A DNA stretch of 64,000 nt. Source: Sphyrna mokarran (taxonomy: Eukaryota). The position numbers were made by a program, and so were the translations under genes. The stretch is taken from assembly GCA_024679065.1 (NCBI GenBank), contig JAGIQG010000007.1, positions 76,632,001 through 76,696,000 on the forward strand. The letters run 5' to 3'. Below the pieces are notes generated by a model. The model saw only the letters and a list, made by a program, of their open reading frames with translations. It had not been told where the DNA came from and did not search any database. The stretch's first letter is position 1. Each line of letters opens with the position of its first letter. This document shows positions 1 through 13,470 of this stretch, piece after piece.

Positions 1-597
1 TTTAATAACAGCTGAAGTGCATCTTCTGTACAATCAACATCTACAACATTTGCATTCACCGCAATACCTGAAAAATAAATCTATTGCCAGGGCCTCTCCC
101 GCTGCTATCCAACAGGGCTGATAGGATACTTCAGGTCAATGCCTTTAATTTTTCTCCCCTTTGTCATGGGGATATGTTGGGTGCTTTCCCTGAAGAGTTT
201 GAACACCTACCATACAAGCAGTAATGGCTGCAATGTAACAATATACCAAACCCCACATTCCATTTGGCTTTTTCAGTGTACCACACTATCATATGGTATT
301 GGCTTTGTTTCCAAACTGATTTGGGAAGCATTTGATTGAGTAACCCTCAAATAGCTATCATTATGCTATATGGACTTCAACAGCAAAGACTTTAGGGAAT
401 GCTACTTGTATACTAGCAACATAGGACTTAAGAGCAGGAGTAAATCATTCAGCTTTTTGAATCTGCTTTGCTATTCAATAAGATCACTCCACTTTCCTGT
501 CTGCCCCCCAATAACTATGCCCATCAAAAGTCTGCCTAACTTTGCCTTGAATAAATTCAATGACTCAGCCTCCACAACTAACGATCCACTAAGAGAA

Positions 598-1305
598 AAA
601 TATTCTCCATCCATTGACTGTCTACATTTCCCGCTGCCTCGGAAAAGCAGCCAGCATAATCAAGGATCCCATACATCCTGAACATATTCTCTTCCATCTT
701 CTTCCATCAGGGAAAAGAGACAATATCTGAGGCCATATACCAACTAATTCAAGAACGGTTTCTTCTCTGCTGCCAGCAGACTGTGAAATGGACCTATCAT
801 ATATTAAGCTGATCTTTCTCTACACTTTAGCTATGCTTACAACATTATGTTCTGCACTTTCTCCCTACTTTCTCTGCTATCTATTCTACAAGTGGCATGT
901 TTTTGTGGAATCATAGATCCTTACAATGCAGAAGGAGGCCATTTGACTCATCAATTCTGCACCAAACATCATCTCACCCAGGCCCTATTTCAGTAACCCC
1001 ACATATTTACCCAGTTAATCTCTCTGACACTAGGGTCAATTTAGCATGGCCAATCAACCTAATCTGAACTGTGGGAGCGTGAGAGGAAACTGGAGAACCC
1101 AGAGGAAACCCACGCAGACATGGAGAGAGTGTGCAAACTCCACACAGACAGTGACCCAAATCCGGAATTGAACCCGGGTCCCTGCGGCTGTGAGGCAGTA
1201 GTGCTAACTAATGTGCCACCATGTGGTGTCTGTATAGCATGCAAGAAACAATAATTTTCATTGTATATCAATACATGTGGCAATAATAAATCAAATGAAA
1301 TCAAA
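598..1305 (+). mobile_element. Rex1/Babar-clade LINE 3' end, interrupted by a SINE at ~905-1225
   Basis: Decayed frame reads ~RKAASIIKDPIHPEHILFHLLPSGKR...FKNGFFSAASRL, typical of the Rex1 C-terminus. The 3' UTR resumes at ~1226 and ends in an aataataaatcaaatgaaatcaaa tail. Confidence 0.7.
905..1225 (-). mobile_element. HE1-like tRNA-derived SINE
   Basis: Minus-strand A-box (ggtggcacattagttagcac), B-box (gggttcaattcc), V-SINE-like core (tgtgtggagtttgcacactctctcc) and a CR1-like tail. Confidence 0.85.
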
Positions 1306-1869
1306 AGACTTTTTGTTCTTAAACTGAGATCTTCAGTTCTAATCTCCCCCCACTGTGGAAACATCTTCCCAGCATGAAACTTATAAACTTCAGGTCTTAT
1401 AAGTTTCAATAAGATCAGCTCTTATTCTTCTAAATTCCCCTGAGTATGGACTCAACCTGTTCAACTTTTCTTCATAAGGTCAACCGTTCATCCCAGGATT
1501 GAGACAAGTGAACCTTCTCTAAATTGCTTCAAATGTAATTTTTATTGCGCAAGTGAAATTAATTTGTCTGCTATTAAAGTCCACTGTTTACCTTCGCTGT
1601 TTATGCAGTAAAATGATGGAGCAGAAAACGATTTTGATTTCAATAGAAATGAAAATCTAACAAATTCTATAGCAATTGAGCAATCCGTTCCACCAGTTTA
1701 TCATCCAAATAGAATGGAAGAGATGGGTCAATTTTAAAGAGTAGAAATGGAGTTTCATTTGAACAAACAATGCATTCATACACTAAGATTCAAATAGCAT
1801 CATTTAATGGCTTAAGATTTGCTTTTGGGCCAGAATGTTATTCATTTAAATTCCCATCCAGGCCTTGAG

Positions 1870-2220
1870 CTTAATCTAAATTGACAATCTGGTGCAATCT
1901 GAGGGAATGTTACACTGATAAAGGTGTTGACCTTTAGATGACACCTTAAAATGAGTTTCTATCTGCCTGTTCAGATGGATGTAAAAGATTCTATAACACT
2001 TTTTTGAAGAAGACCAGGGAATCCTTCCTCTGCCATGGTCTAAATACAATCCTCGACCAACATCACAAATTAATCCACCTATTGCTATTTGCAAGTCTTT
2101 GGTGTGTGCTAATTGGATTCTAACTTTGACTGTGAGACATTGGTGATTGAAGTAATTAAAAGCTGCAAAGTGCATTGGGGCACCAAAGATCATGACAGGC
2201 ATTGTATAAATCCTAATTTC
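1870..2220 (+). mobile_element. Deu-domain SINE (SacSINE1/AmnSINE-like), decayed
   Basis: ctttagatgacaccttaaa...cagatggatgtaaaagattctataacac..gaagaagaccaggg resembles the Deu core. It ends in an L2-like tail (gcattgtataaat). Confidence 0.65.
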
Positions 2221-2732
2221 TATACCTTTGTGGAACTCCTTATGTCTTCTATACTTGCACATTAGTACAGGTGAGAAACAGCTACAAATGACATAATACC
2301 CCCTAGGCTGAATTTTCATAGCTCAGTGGTCATTAGAACGCAGGTGATTGCTTTTAGAAAATGAACTGTCAAGTGCAACAGATTCCTGAAGTGGTTCCGA
2401 AGCTCCACAATTTTAGACAAAGAGTGGGAACGTGGGAAGCCACCCATAAATGGCATATCAATTGTTCTGATGATCACAAAGTCCAAGGAGGATTGTCGAT
2501 AGATCTCTTCAAGGACTTTTGGAGTACAAGCTCCCTTATTGAGCAAGTGGTGGCTTGCTCTAGAGGAGACACTGAGCGGGGGCTTTTAAACCTGTTGCTT
2601 CATTGGGACCATTGTTCCCAAGGTATTGAACTGCCCAGCTGTAAGCCACGAGAATGGCATCTTCCTTGATACACGATAAAGAGTGTTCAGTGATGGGAAA
2701 TTGGCATTTGGCTGAATTACTGCATTGACAAT

Positions 2733-3053
2733 GGCATGTGGTTAGCACTGCTGCCTTACAGCACCAGTTCAACTCCAGTCTTGGCGACTGTGCAGAGTTT
2801 GCACATTCTCCCCATGACTGCATGGATTTCCTCTGGGTGCTTCAGTTTCCTCCCACTGTCCAAAGATATGCAGATTAGGTTGATTGACCATGCTAAATTG
2901 CCCCTTAGTATCCCAAGATGTGTAGCGTACTGAGGTTAATGGAGTAAATATTTGGATTTATGAGGATAATGCCTGGGTAAGATATTCTGCCGGAGACTGA
3001 GTGCAGACTCGATGGGCCAAATGTCCTCCTTTTGCACCTTAGGATTCTATGAT
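2733..3053 (+). mobile_element. HE1-like SINE
   Basis: gtggttagcactgctgcc head, gagtttgcacattctccc core, ggattctatgat tail. Confidence 0.85.
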
Positions 3054-5473
3054 AATTTGATAAGCAAATGCGTTACTTTGGAATTTCTGGGAGGAGGCAT
3101 GGAAAACACTGAGGACATCAAATTCATCCACAAAGCATAAAGTGTTGCATTGGGGGTTACTCATGCGCATGAGCATGACTCAGAACATTGTATAGAGAGA
3201 GAAGGCTCAGAGATCACCTCATGTATAGGTACACAGCAGTCAATGCATGGTTAGTGCTCCCTGAGAGTTTGACCCGTGAATGCTGGGGTAATTGTTAGGT
3301 AGGTGTATCAGGAGACATATCCGAAGGGTTTAGAAAGCCATGATCATCCAGCTGGAGGCAAGTAAGCCAATTCCTGGAAATGGGGACTAGCTATTTCAAA
3401 TTAGAAATGAGTGGCGATGAAGAGAAGTCTCAGCATCAGCAGATGCCGACTCTTGGTCATGAGCGATGTAAGATTAGGGATGAGGGTTTGGGAGACAAGA
3501 AGATAATCCCTGATAACAAGGTGCACTGATAAAAAATATGTTTCTTAGAAATATCAGAGTATCAGTCCTGCAGGAGCCTGCATCTATCTAGGCAACTGAT
3601 TTCTCACCTGTGTACTCTCACTGAGGATCATCTCAGGCTTAGCAAGTCTTGTGAATACAGTCTTCTACATAATAATTGTCACACTGATTCCAAACTTCCT
3701 CACAACTTAGTCTTTCAAAAGATTAGCTGCTGACCTGGGTGGCATTTCTCAAATGAATGTTCGAGGGGGACGCATATTATATTGAGTTCCAAATGGAAGC
3801 AATCACCAGTTAAATAGTAGTCTCCAATATTCTCCTTCTATGATCTGTTACATTGTTATTGTCTGCTGTGTTCTCCACATCGTGATGCTCTGGAAAGCAA
3901 GGAGAAGCAGAGGAACAGCATGTTTTTCAGAGAGAGAGAGGAGGAAGATATGGCGGAGGATAGTGTCCATGAGGTGATCCTCATCTGGTCAAGGTGATGA
4001 AGATAGGAGGGAAATTCAGGCTATTCTAATTGAAGCAGGTTTTTCCTCAGGGGCCTTCGTTCTGAAATACACTCAGCTCTGATGCTCACCTTCATTCGAA
4101 TAAGGTAATGCATCCATCATGCACACAACACTGAATATTTCCATTGTTCCCCACATCTATTGAGGCACAAGTCTCCACCAGCTATACATTGGTTCAAGCA
4201 TACACTAGTTTCCCATTCCCTCACTTCTTCCATTTTTGCTTTGAATGTCAAGGCAAGTATTGAAATTACTCAGATTTGGGTTCAACCAACACTTCTATTG
4301 CATTGTGTCTGAATTACCTAATACAATCATATGTCACCCCAGTGATGCACAAAGTAAAATTACTGATGAAGAATCTTTGCTGGTGATCACTTCCATGTGG
4401 CCTAACCACTACCACTGACTTGCAAAAGCCCATTGCCATTTTATACTCGTTTGAGCATTGATTGGTTGACTGATAGGATGGAGACAGGGGGCTGGGGTGG
4501 GGTGCTGTGGGTAGGTGCAGGAGTGACTGGAACAATAAGATTACTGCAACTCTGAGGGAGCATTTGAATTGAGGTAATCCAACTTCCCCAACCCCCGCTT
4601 CCCACCCGTGATGGAGAAAAGTTTTTTCCTCCCACTCTATCCACTCCCACCTGCCTAAAAATTGAGGTTGGGCTAGAAAAGGCCCACAAGTGGCCACTTA
4701 AGTGTTTAATAAGTGAAAGGACTTTAATAAGTCCTGCCCAGGGCTCTGCCTGCCAAATGTGAAATTGCATCTGAGTGTGGGATCCTAGGGATATCCTGCT
4801 GATTCAATTTTATTGCCCCCCTACAATAACCTCCACAATACCCCATACCTCAGTACAAAATGTCTCATTATACTCTTCTGACATTCATTTGTCTATGAAT
4901 CTAAGTCAATCAATGATTAAACCCTTTTAAAGGAGTGCTATAATTTAACTGTGACTTAAAACAAAAACTTCAACGGAAAATTATCAAATTAAAATGCAGT
5001 GTCTTTTTATATGTGCACAAGTCATTATTCAAAGTATGCCCTCAAACCGTATGCTATATGCTAACATGTATTTAAATAATTAACAGAATCACTCACTTCT
5101 TTCCCATCTACAGATGATGGTGTCTGCTCCTGTCTATGTTGGTTCTCCCTGTATCATTGGGCCTGTGGGAAATGTAAGAGGGTGGTTACAAAAATCACCT
5201 CTGCCATTATCTGTTTCTGCAAAGTTGAAGCAGCTGCTCTGACACGACAGAAACCGGGGAGGCCTGAGCTCCATCCTCGTTACCTGGAGATGATCAGATC
5301 ACTTCACCCTGTCTTGCACGAACTCCACTTTCGCCATTGCCCACTCTCTCATGTACTTCCACCCTGGGCAGGTCCAAGGTCATCCTCTCCATAGCCACCA
5401 GAATCACTAGATGGAGCACTCAACCACCCAACTCAAACTAGTTTTCTTGCACGATGCGCTCCTGTAAGATCAC

Positions 5474-5835
5474 GGCATGATGGCACAGTGGTTAGCACTG
5501 CTACCTCACAGCTCCAGGGATCTGGGTTCAATTCCAGCCTTGGGTGGCTGTCTGTGTGAGTTTATGTGTTCTCCCTATGTCTGCATGGGCTTCCTCTGGG
5601 TGCTCCAGTTTCACCCCACAGTTCAAAGATGTGCGGGTTAGGTGGATTGGCCATATTAAATTGCCCTTGAGTATACAAGGATGTGTAGATTAGAGGAATT
5701 AGTGAGGTAAATGCATGGGGCTATAGGGATAGCACCTGAAGTGGGCTTGAGTAAGATGCTCTGTCAGAGAGTTGGTGCATACTCAACAGATCATTTAGCC
5801 TTTTTTTGCAGTGTAGGGATTCTGTGGTTCTATGA
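5474..5835 (+). mobile_element. HE1-like SINE, near full length
   Basis: ggcacagtggttagcactgc (A-box), gggttcaattcc (B-box), core, and tgtagggattctgtggttctatga tail. Confidence 0.88.
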
Positions 5836-6399
5836 TCAAAAGGTGAGATGTAAGACCATATTGATCTCCTTTGGTACTTGGAGCTGGGTTAAGACATGTA
5901 AGCCTGAGTTCTCTGACCTTTCCCGCAGTTGAGATTCTTTGGTTCTGCTGCTATGAATGGAGATTTGGCTGAGTGCCATAATTTTCCGTTCTCTCTGGCA
6001 ACAGTAGCATTCAAAGAATTCTGATTATGATGTTAATGTCTTCAGTTAAACTTCCTCCACTACTGCAAGTGTTGCGAGCTTTCCCCCTGGATCTGTAATG
6101 CTACTGAACATACATTTTTTCCATGCTCAGGAAGATTGTGGGTGTGATTCACTAGCCCTGCATGCTTACGCACAGATAGTGCTGGGGCTGCGCAGAACTG
6201 GAGAATCACGTGGGAGGGGCCATAGTGCATCTAGTGGGATTCCCCATAAGACCAGAAATTCCCACCCTGGGGTCAGTGGACCTTCAAATGCTCATCAATT
6301 TTTCTGTCCCACCCACTACAATTTCCATGGAGAATGGAATGCAAAATTTTGGTCATTTTTAGCAGAATTCCGCTCTATGAGACCTAAGGCTGGTCAGCT

Positions 6400-6780
6400 T
6401 ATGAATTTGCTTGTGACTGTTGAACTGGAGGAGTGTAGTCTCAGTGTTCCATTGCATTAATCAGCTGGTTCTCAGAAAGTTCTTTGCAGTGCTTCCAAAC
6501 CTATACCCATCTCCTCCTTACAATGTTGTGACCATTCACTTCCAGAACCACCTCCAGTTATAATCTGTTTCTCTGTCTGGCCATGTTTCTCTAGACACTT
6601 TTCAAAAACAGAATGTTCTGCCAATGATGCCATTGCTTCTAAAAGGTCCTCAAATGAAGCATCAGAGACTGAGTGCCTTAGCTGCTGCTGAGCCGCTAAC
6701 TTCCTCTTTCGTTCATTGTGAATGAAATTGACAACTACAATAATGACCGCCAGCTCCCCTTGAGCCGACATGTTCCTTGC
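6400..6780 (-). mobile_element. Harbinger Myb/SANT-like ORF remnant
   Basis: Minus ORF contains SDASFEDLLEA, resembling the FSDxxLExL start of Harbinger-associated Myb/SANT proteins; heavily decayed. Confidence 0.4.
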
Positions 6781-9104
6781 CTACTTACTCTGTGCCTGCT
6801 ATGGCCCTAATTGGATGCCAAGTATACCATCTTTTACTAATAACCCATAGTGCTAGAACCCAGAAGGGCTCCTGATATCAGAGTCCTCACCCGGAAACAA
6901 AAACCAAGCCCTATGATTCTGTCATTGCTTCAGAGAATTCTCACTTTATTTCTCAACATCTTCATCTGTAGGATTAAGATTACCCTTACCTCGTTAATGT
7001 GGTGAGGGTATGTTTGGAAAACATGTTCTGGAGGATATTCCCATTAAAAGTCCTCCCTTGTACCTTTTCTCTGATGTTGTTTGTACTACCTGTTCGGGTT
7101 GCCTCAATATAAAAGATAAAAAGGATGCTGTTTTGTGAGAAGGCCGGTTTGCAATCAGGAAACACTGATTATAGCTTCACAATACTATTCATTGCCTTTG
7201 AGTGCCCCTTTTATTGTGGAGAATGCAGGCTGCAACTTTCACCCTTGACTAGTGCAATTTGCATATGGATTCCTGCTAACAAGAATCTCCAGGAAAATTC
7301 TGAAATGGTCGCTGTCTGATGAGGCCTTCAAGTAAGTGGCATTGAAGTCTTCAGGAAAACAAAAATAAGAAATAGAAGTTGCAAGATACAAATTGCAATC
7401 TTTCAACGAGAAACTTTTGTCAGTAAAGCATAGAAATGATTTTCATATTGTCTTAATTTTTCCATAAAGAAGTTCTGTGCCATTGAAGGTATGATAAAGC
7501 CAATACTATCAAAACAGAAATTAATATCTTGAGTTAAAAATAAAGTTTTTTCTCTACAATATCCATGGGATAGAATGGAACCAAATCAGAGTATGGATAT
7601 TAAAAAGATACCTCCCTTAAGATCTCACTCATAACTCAAGTGGTTGAAAAGAATGATTAACTTCAACATCTTTTGGTGTCTTTTTTTCCATTTCAATTGA
7701 CGCTTCTTTGCATATTTTGTATAAATCAGGAATATACTGCTCAAATTCCAATTCTGACCAATAGAGTTCAATTCAAATCAATTGATCTTCTTAAACTGGC
7801 ATACACTGATTTTAACTGATGGCAATTGGAATTTAGAATCTGGATTTAAGGAGTAACCAAATCTAGCAGTTTGACAGATCTGAATAAATATCAGCTCAAA
7901 AGATACCACAATTGCTACAGAATATTTTTACGATTGTATAGTTTTAAATATTAGTTAAATCCTATCCCACGGTTGTACTCATTAACCTGTCCAAACTAGT
8001 TCACCAATCATGCATTATGAATTCAGCACTCAAACATATGTTGCAGCATGAAAACAAAAGAGCAAATGTCAAAGCTAATTTAACTTCTTTCCAACATTTT
8101 CTGACTTAAACATGACACTCCTTGATTGAGTGGTTAACCACAGTGGGCTCTGACCCAAAATTTTCCAGCATGTTCTCAACTTCAGTCAAATTCTTTCCTG
8201 ATAGAAAGCACAGCTCGTCAGACAAGTAATTAAGTGTCCTGTGTGTTCTTTACAGGTTTGCAAACAGAATTATCTTAACCAGGGAATGGTGTGTTTAAGC
8301 TGGTGACCAAGGAGTAATAGAAAACAAATAAGAGAGGAATGCATTGATAAAGTATTACAAATTATAAATTGATTAATTATCAGCTTTGCAGATTGAATTG
8401 AGGGAGAGAAGGCTAAAGCAAGGAAGGCCCAAAGGCCCAAATTTTCATGATGGAACTTAAAAATGTGTCCCTGCTCCTCTGACCCACAAGGAAACCTAAA
8501 ATAAAAGATAGGTTATTACTCTGTTTGTCTGTCTTCCTTGGGCATAATTTTGCATTAGATGCCACAACTGTTATTCACATCACTGCCTGAATTCTATCAT
8601 CTGACCCCACCTCCCCCTCCTCCCCTCCCATATCTGAATATTAAAAAAAACCACTGTCTGCTCCAGAATTGCCAAAAATCAGGAATTGAAATGGGAACAA
8701 ATGTGAATGCATTGGATATGCAGAAGGAAAGGCTCAATTTTAACGTCCACTTATCCATTTCTAACAGCTGGACAGGTTTAAAATAGGCCCCATATCATTC
8801 TCACAGCAGAATTACAGATTCCTTTCTTCTTAGCATTCGCCAAAGAAATATCAATCAAATTAATTAAAAGGTTTGTAAGTCAGTGAGTGGGAGAGAAGTG
8901 GAGGGAGGAAAGTCTGTAGCAAGCTAGGTACTGGAAATTCGTTTCTCTTCCCTCTGGCTTACATGGAACATACATTTTTTTAGTAAAAATCTCAACTTTC
9001 TTTGACAACCCATCAATAGTATATTCAGCACTGGACAAAATGGTCTAACCTATTGAGAAATACGAAACTGTAGACGACGAGAGAGATTTAAGGCAATGTG
9101 TATA

Positions 9105-11480
9105 AAAATCACAAAAAGATAATGAGGTGTGTGAAGGCCTTGTAGAGTGGCCCGTGCTGTTCATGGCTCTTTTCCTGTAACTGTTGAAAGAATAAAATCA
9201 CCTCAACTGTTAATCTACCAACTCTGAAGCCACAATTGGACTCAGGATAGGTGTGTGATGCCAGTGTTTGCAATCTGGTCAGAGCAACACAAGGAAAAAT
9301 CTTCTCCACAATAATTCACAAGGAGATGCTCAGTAATTGTTTCAGTCATTGCAATTCCATTTGTTTTGTGACATGGTGACTCTATCATGAATGTTTTGAG
9401 GCACAAGTCTTTCTTTCCAGCAGAGACAAGATGACCATGGAGCTACTGCAACAGTGCCGGTTTTCCACTCCTAATAATTTCAGATGAAATGTCTTCATTT
9501 CCTGGGACTTTACCACTGGCAAGACAGTCATTGGCCTTTTTAAGCTCTTTGATGGTGGACTCACTGTTCAGCTCCTCCATGGCAGGAAAGTCTGAGATGG
9601 CAATGGGGTGAATTCTCCAGCCTCCCATTCATGTATTTCTCGGCGACAGAAGTGGCACGTTGTTCACTGGCAGCGGGATTCTCTGGTCCCACCGCTGTCA
9701 ATGGGACCTCCCATTGATGTCACCTCACATCGCTCAGAAGAAGATGCCAGTGGGAATGGAAAATCTCGTCGGCGTGACCGGCTGGAGAATTCCCCCATTT
9801 GAGGTAATGCTTTACACATTTTCCCACCTGCTTGCTAGATTTAGTGATGATCATCCCTGTCTTTGTCTTCAACAAGACCAATTTGGTTGCTGCTGCCTTC
9901 TTGATCCCTTTATGCATCTCTCTAGCATCCCTAGGTTCAGCAGCAGATTGAATATTGTTGCAAATTTTAAGCCAATATTGATTTGCGTAGTGTTGAACAG
10001 TCTGCTGAGACTCAATTCCAGCAGCTCTGAAAACATCATGAACTGTTTGCATTATTTACTGGGGACTTGTGTTTATGAGAGCTGTTCGCATGGTTGCAGC
10101 AATTGGCTCCATTTCAGTCCATTTCCTGTATACAGTGAGTGCAAGGTAATGAAGATTGCACACATGGTCCCACTTTGAGATCACGCTCTGGCCTTGGGCA
10201 TTGTTGTTCCAAAAAGCCTGATTGAGGAAGTTGAGGAAGTCACAGGTCTTTTCTGGGTCACTGGTGTGGCACGTGTTGATCCGGAGAGGACCTTTTTTCT
10301 TGGAGTGGTATAGTTTCCTTAGTTGAAGCCCGACCTTGCTACACCCCAGTGAGTGATCAGTGTCACAGTCAGCACTGCAGTAGCTTTTGGGGCTTAGATA
10401 CACATGAGATTAACTGGGCCCTTGCTTCTTAACAAGTGAAAAATAAGGAGTTTTTCAGAGCCTTCTGTTATAGGTTCATCATCATGAGGAGAATGTCTTT
10501 TTACAGCAAAACCCACTCCACTCTTACATGTTGCCATTTGGGCTTTCCGTTGACAGAGGAAAATGTAATCTTTCGTTTTAAGGGATTTCCTTTGAGTAAG
10601 TCCAATTACTTGCAGCACAGAAATGTCCACATTGAGCTTTGTAAATTCTTTGTCAATCATAATTGTGCATCATCAACATGCAAAGACTCATCATTAAGGC
10701 CAGAGTACACAGCCTTAATGTTCCAACTTGCAATGCGCAAGACTGGTGTCTTCTTTATTGAGTTTGTCTTGCCTGGTGGATAGATTAGAGACCAGTTAAT
10801 TAAAAGAGACTCACTGAGTTCCATGCACACATTGAAGCAATCTGGTTGTGGTGGGACACCATCAAATTGACAGAGGGTTACCCAATTTGATGTGAGTAAT
10901 AGCTATCTATTGTTGGAAGTAATTACTAGCTCATGTGCTGTATGTCAACAGATTAAGAGATTATAAATGATAACTGTTGCTTCCTTTGTTATGTCAAAAT
11001 AAACCTTGAAGCTGGAATACAGGACAGACCGGAGATCTAGAATTGTCCAAGCATCAGGGCCCCTTCCTGGCATTGCTGGTATTGTCCATAGGAAAGGGTG
11101 AAACCAATGGTATTTAGTATTTGCACTACTGCAGGACTTGCTGCAAAGTTGCCCAATCAACAGATTACTATCTTACAGGATGCCACTCCAGATTTTCTGT
11201 CAGACTTTATCCCTTAGTTTTCTTCTCTTCAAAGGCACCCACAAAGGCAATGGGATTACATGCTCATAGCGGGGGGTCTTGTCTGTGGCCTCAGAGCATA
11301 GCTACACATCGGTGGATCTTTAAATCAAATGTCTGGAGACCAAACCTCCTCTGAATCCCCTTTAGTTGAGCCTCTATTCACGAGGGACATAGTTTACATA
11401 TGTCACCATGGAAAGCAATACATAGGCCTTGTAGGTGAAGAGGCTTTGTACAGGAAGGAATGATTTACACACTCAGCTTT
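9105..11480 (-). mobile_element. RTE-clade LINE remnant (putative 5' UTR, APE endonuclease, start of RT), pseudogenised
   Basis: Minus ORFs give IDKEFTKLNVDISVLQ..YIFLCQ..GVGFAVK and SADCDTDHSL (APE), LASGKVPGNEDISSEII, and YPESNCGFRVGR..QQLQEKSHEQHGPLYKAFTHL (RTE RT domains 1-3). The 5' UTR extent (10780-11480) is less certain. Confidence 0.85.
9605..9796. mobile_element. MITE inserted in the RTE element
   Basis: Terminal inverted repeats ggggtgaattctccagcc ... ggctggagaattccccc interrupt the RTE reading frame. Confidence 0.75.
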
Positions 11481-11609
11481 CTTTTCACAATAATTAATCC
11501 AATGGAAAGAGCTAAAAGCAAGGGGTAATAAGGAGCCATCCTCTACATAAATACATTTAACAGATCACATCATCTGGAGGTGTACACCGTTAATATAAAA
11601 CTTTGCTCG

Positions 11610-12110
11610 GGATGATATGTCATTTCTAGGCACTCCAACCCTGGAAAGATTATATTGGCCTTAGAGGCTGTGCAGCACAGGGTCATCAGAATGACACTGG
11701 AACTAAAAGGGATAAGGAATACTGGTCTTGAATTCTCTTGAATATGGAAGATTAAGGGTGATTGCATTAAGTTGTTTAAGATGATTAACCAATATAATAA
11801 GATAGAGAGAGAAACAACTGCTCCTGGTGAGGTAATCCAGAACAGAAGTGTCATGATCTTAATATTAGAGTTAGCCAGTTCACTGATGTCACGGAGCACT
11901 TCTTCAGACAAGCACTGGTAGAAATACGAAATTTCCTTCCCCCAGAAAACCATTGCAGTTTGGCATTGAAAATCTTCAAGCTGAAATGGATAGATTTTTG
12001 TGAGGTCAGAATATCAAGATCAAAGTGGGTTGGTGGAGTTATGAATACCGATTAGTTGCAATCTCATTGAACAGCAAAATAGGTCCGACTGAATGGCCCA
12101 CTCATTTCCC
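11610..12110 (+). mobile_element. Old CR1 LINE 3' fragment
   Basis: Plus strand reads ~ILALEAVQHRVIRM..LKG and R.RGDCIKLFKMI, followed by a CR1-type 3' UTR (gactgaatggcc). Confidence 0.65.
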
Positions 12111-13426
12111 TGTATAATCACAGAATCATTCTTTCTGGAGCATGCATTTGGTGATGTGAAATCCGAGATTGATCCATATATCAAGCGCAGTCCCTGCAAT
12201 TAAGCTCAGGGAAAAAGGGCAAAGAGAATTTTTACTTCTTGACTTCACAGCAGACACCACTCTCAAATTTGTTAGACACCTGTCTTTATTAAGATTGTCT
12301 CCAGCTGCAGCCTGTTGTCATGCCATCTAATATTAAGAAAAGCACTAAAAGGTTTCTCCTCCAGGTTGTGTTAACAGCCCTGAGGAAATGATAAAGTAAC
12401 GGGGAAGAGAGGCACTGGCTGCTGTAGCAGCTTCAACAGGCAAGTGCAATTAACATAATGATACATCATTTTACATGTAAAGGAAGCCCGAGTTTAGGCA
12501 TCAGTGTCAATAAAATGATTAAAGTCACAATTTCTTTCTGGTGGTGCTGAGACTAGCTGCCAAAGCCGCTGAATTGAATGCAGTATGGGTATAAATAGAG
12601 TCATAGCCCCAAACCTGCATGTTTTTCATTAAAACCAGAAGTGATGTTATCAGGGCACCTTGACACTATTTGGAACAAAATCAGTTATCAGGAAAAAAAA
12701 AGCAAGAAAAAATATTGTTGAAGGAGATTTGACAGAGTACGTCTCTGACACGGTACGAACTGTGACTATCAGAGATTGAGGGACCAAGTAAATATTTACT
12801 GTGGTAATATTCTGTAGCCTGTTTAAGATTCATTTTTTACGTGCATGGCAATTGTCACTTTTTCTGATACTTCATCACTATATCTATACTTCATATAAAT
12901 ACCAATGAATGAAATTAAGTGGCTATACCATGACAGAATTGATTCTTTGCTTTAGCGTCCACTTTAGTCATGTTATGGCGGATGTTGTATAAAGTCGATA
13001 AGTGTGAGGTTATCACTTCGGTAGCAAAAATAGGAAGACATTATTATTTGAATGAGTGTAAATTGAGAGGTGGATATTCAACAAGACTTTGGTGTCCTTG
13101 TGCATCAGTTACTGAGAGTAAGTAAGCAGGTGCAACATGCAGTAAAGAAGGCAAATGATTGGCCATTGTAGCAAGAGGATTGAGTATAGGAATAGGGATA
13201 TTATGCTGCAATTATATAAGGCATTGGTGAGGCCACACCTGGAGTATTGTGTGCAGTTTTGGTGTGCTTATCACACCAAAGATGTCCTTTCTTTAGAGGG
13301 AGTGCTGCAAAGGTTTGCTCTGCTGGTTCCGGGGATGATGTAGAGATGCCGGCATTGGACTGGGGTAAAGACACTAGGAAGTCTGACAACACCAGGTTTA
13401 AGTCCAACTGATTTATTTGATAGTAA

Positions 13427-13470
13427 ATTCACAAGCTTTCGAGGTGTTTCGACCCCTTCGTCAGGTGAAT
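13427..13470 (-). ncRNA. Minimal type-I hammerhead ribozyme motif (intact core)
   Basis: Minus strand: AUUCAC-CUGACGA-A-GGGGU-CGAAAC-ACCUC-GAAA-GC-UU-GUGAAU. This gives a 6-bp stem I, the conserved CUGANGA and GAAA boxes, stem II, and a palindromic AAGCUU minimal stem III. Confidence 0.75.

Larger units (their letters stand above)
418..1535 (-). mobile_element. Decayed CR1-type LINE 3' fragment, split into ~418-590 and ~1306-1535 by nested insertions
   Basis: Reverse-strand CR1 3'-UTR pattern (aacatagga..agcaggagta..cattcagc) and ORF2 C-terminal residue (gtgaaccttctc, cttattcttctaaattcc), similar to the other CR1 copies in the window. Confidence 0.6.

Noticed and set aside
5474-5545. tRNA-like A/B boxes (also at the other SINE heads)
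   Set aside because: They run on into the SINE core and tail and show no complete cloverleaf; these are SINE heads, not tRNA genes.
7253-7337. Possible plus-strand exon (ag..caa|gtaagt) and a CTGATGA at 7316
   Set aside because: The peptide is unrecognisable, and there is no GAAA box or stem geometry for a hammerhead.
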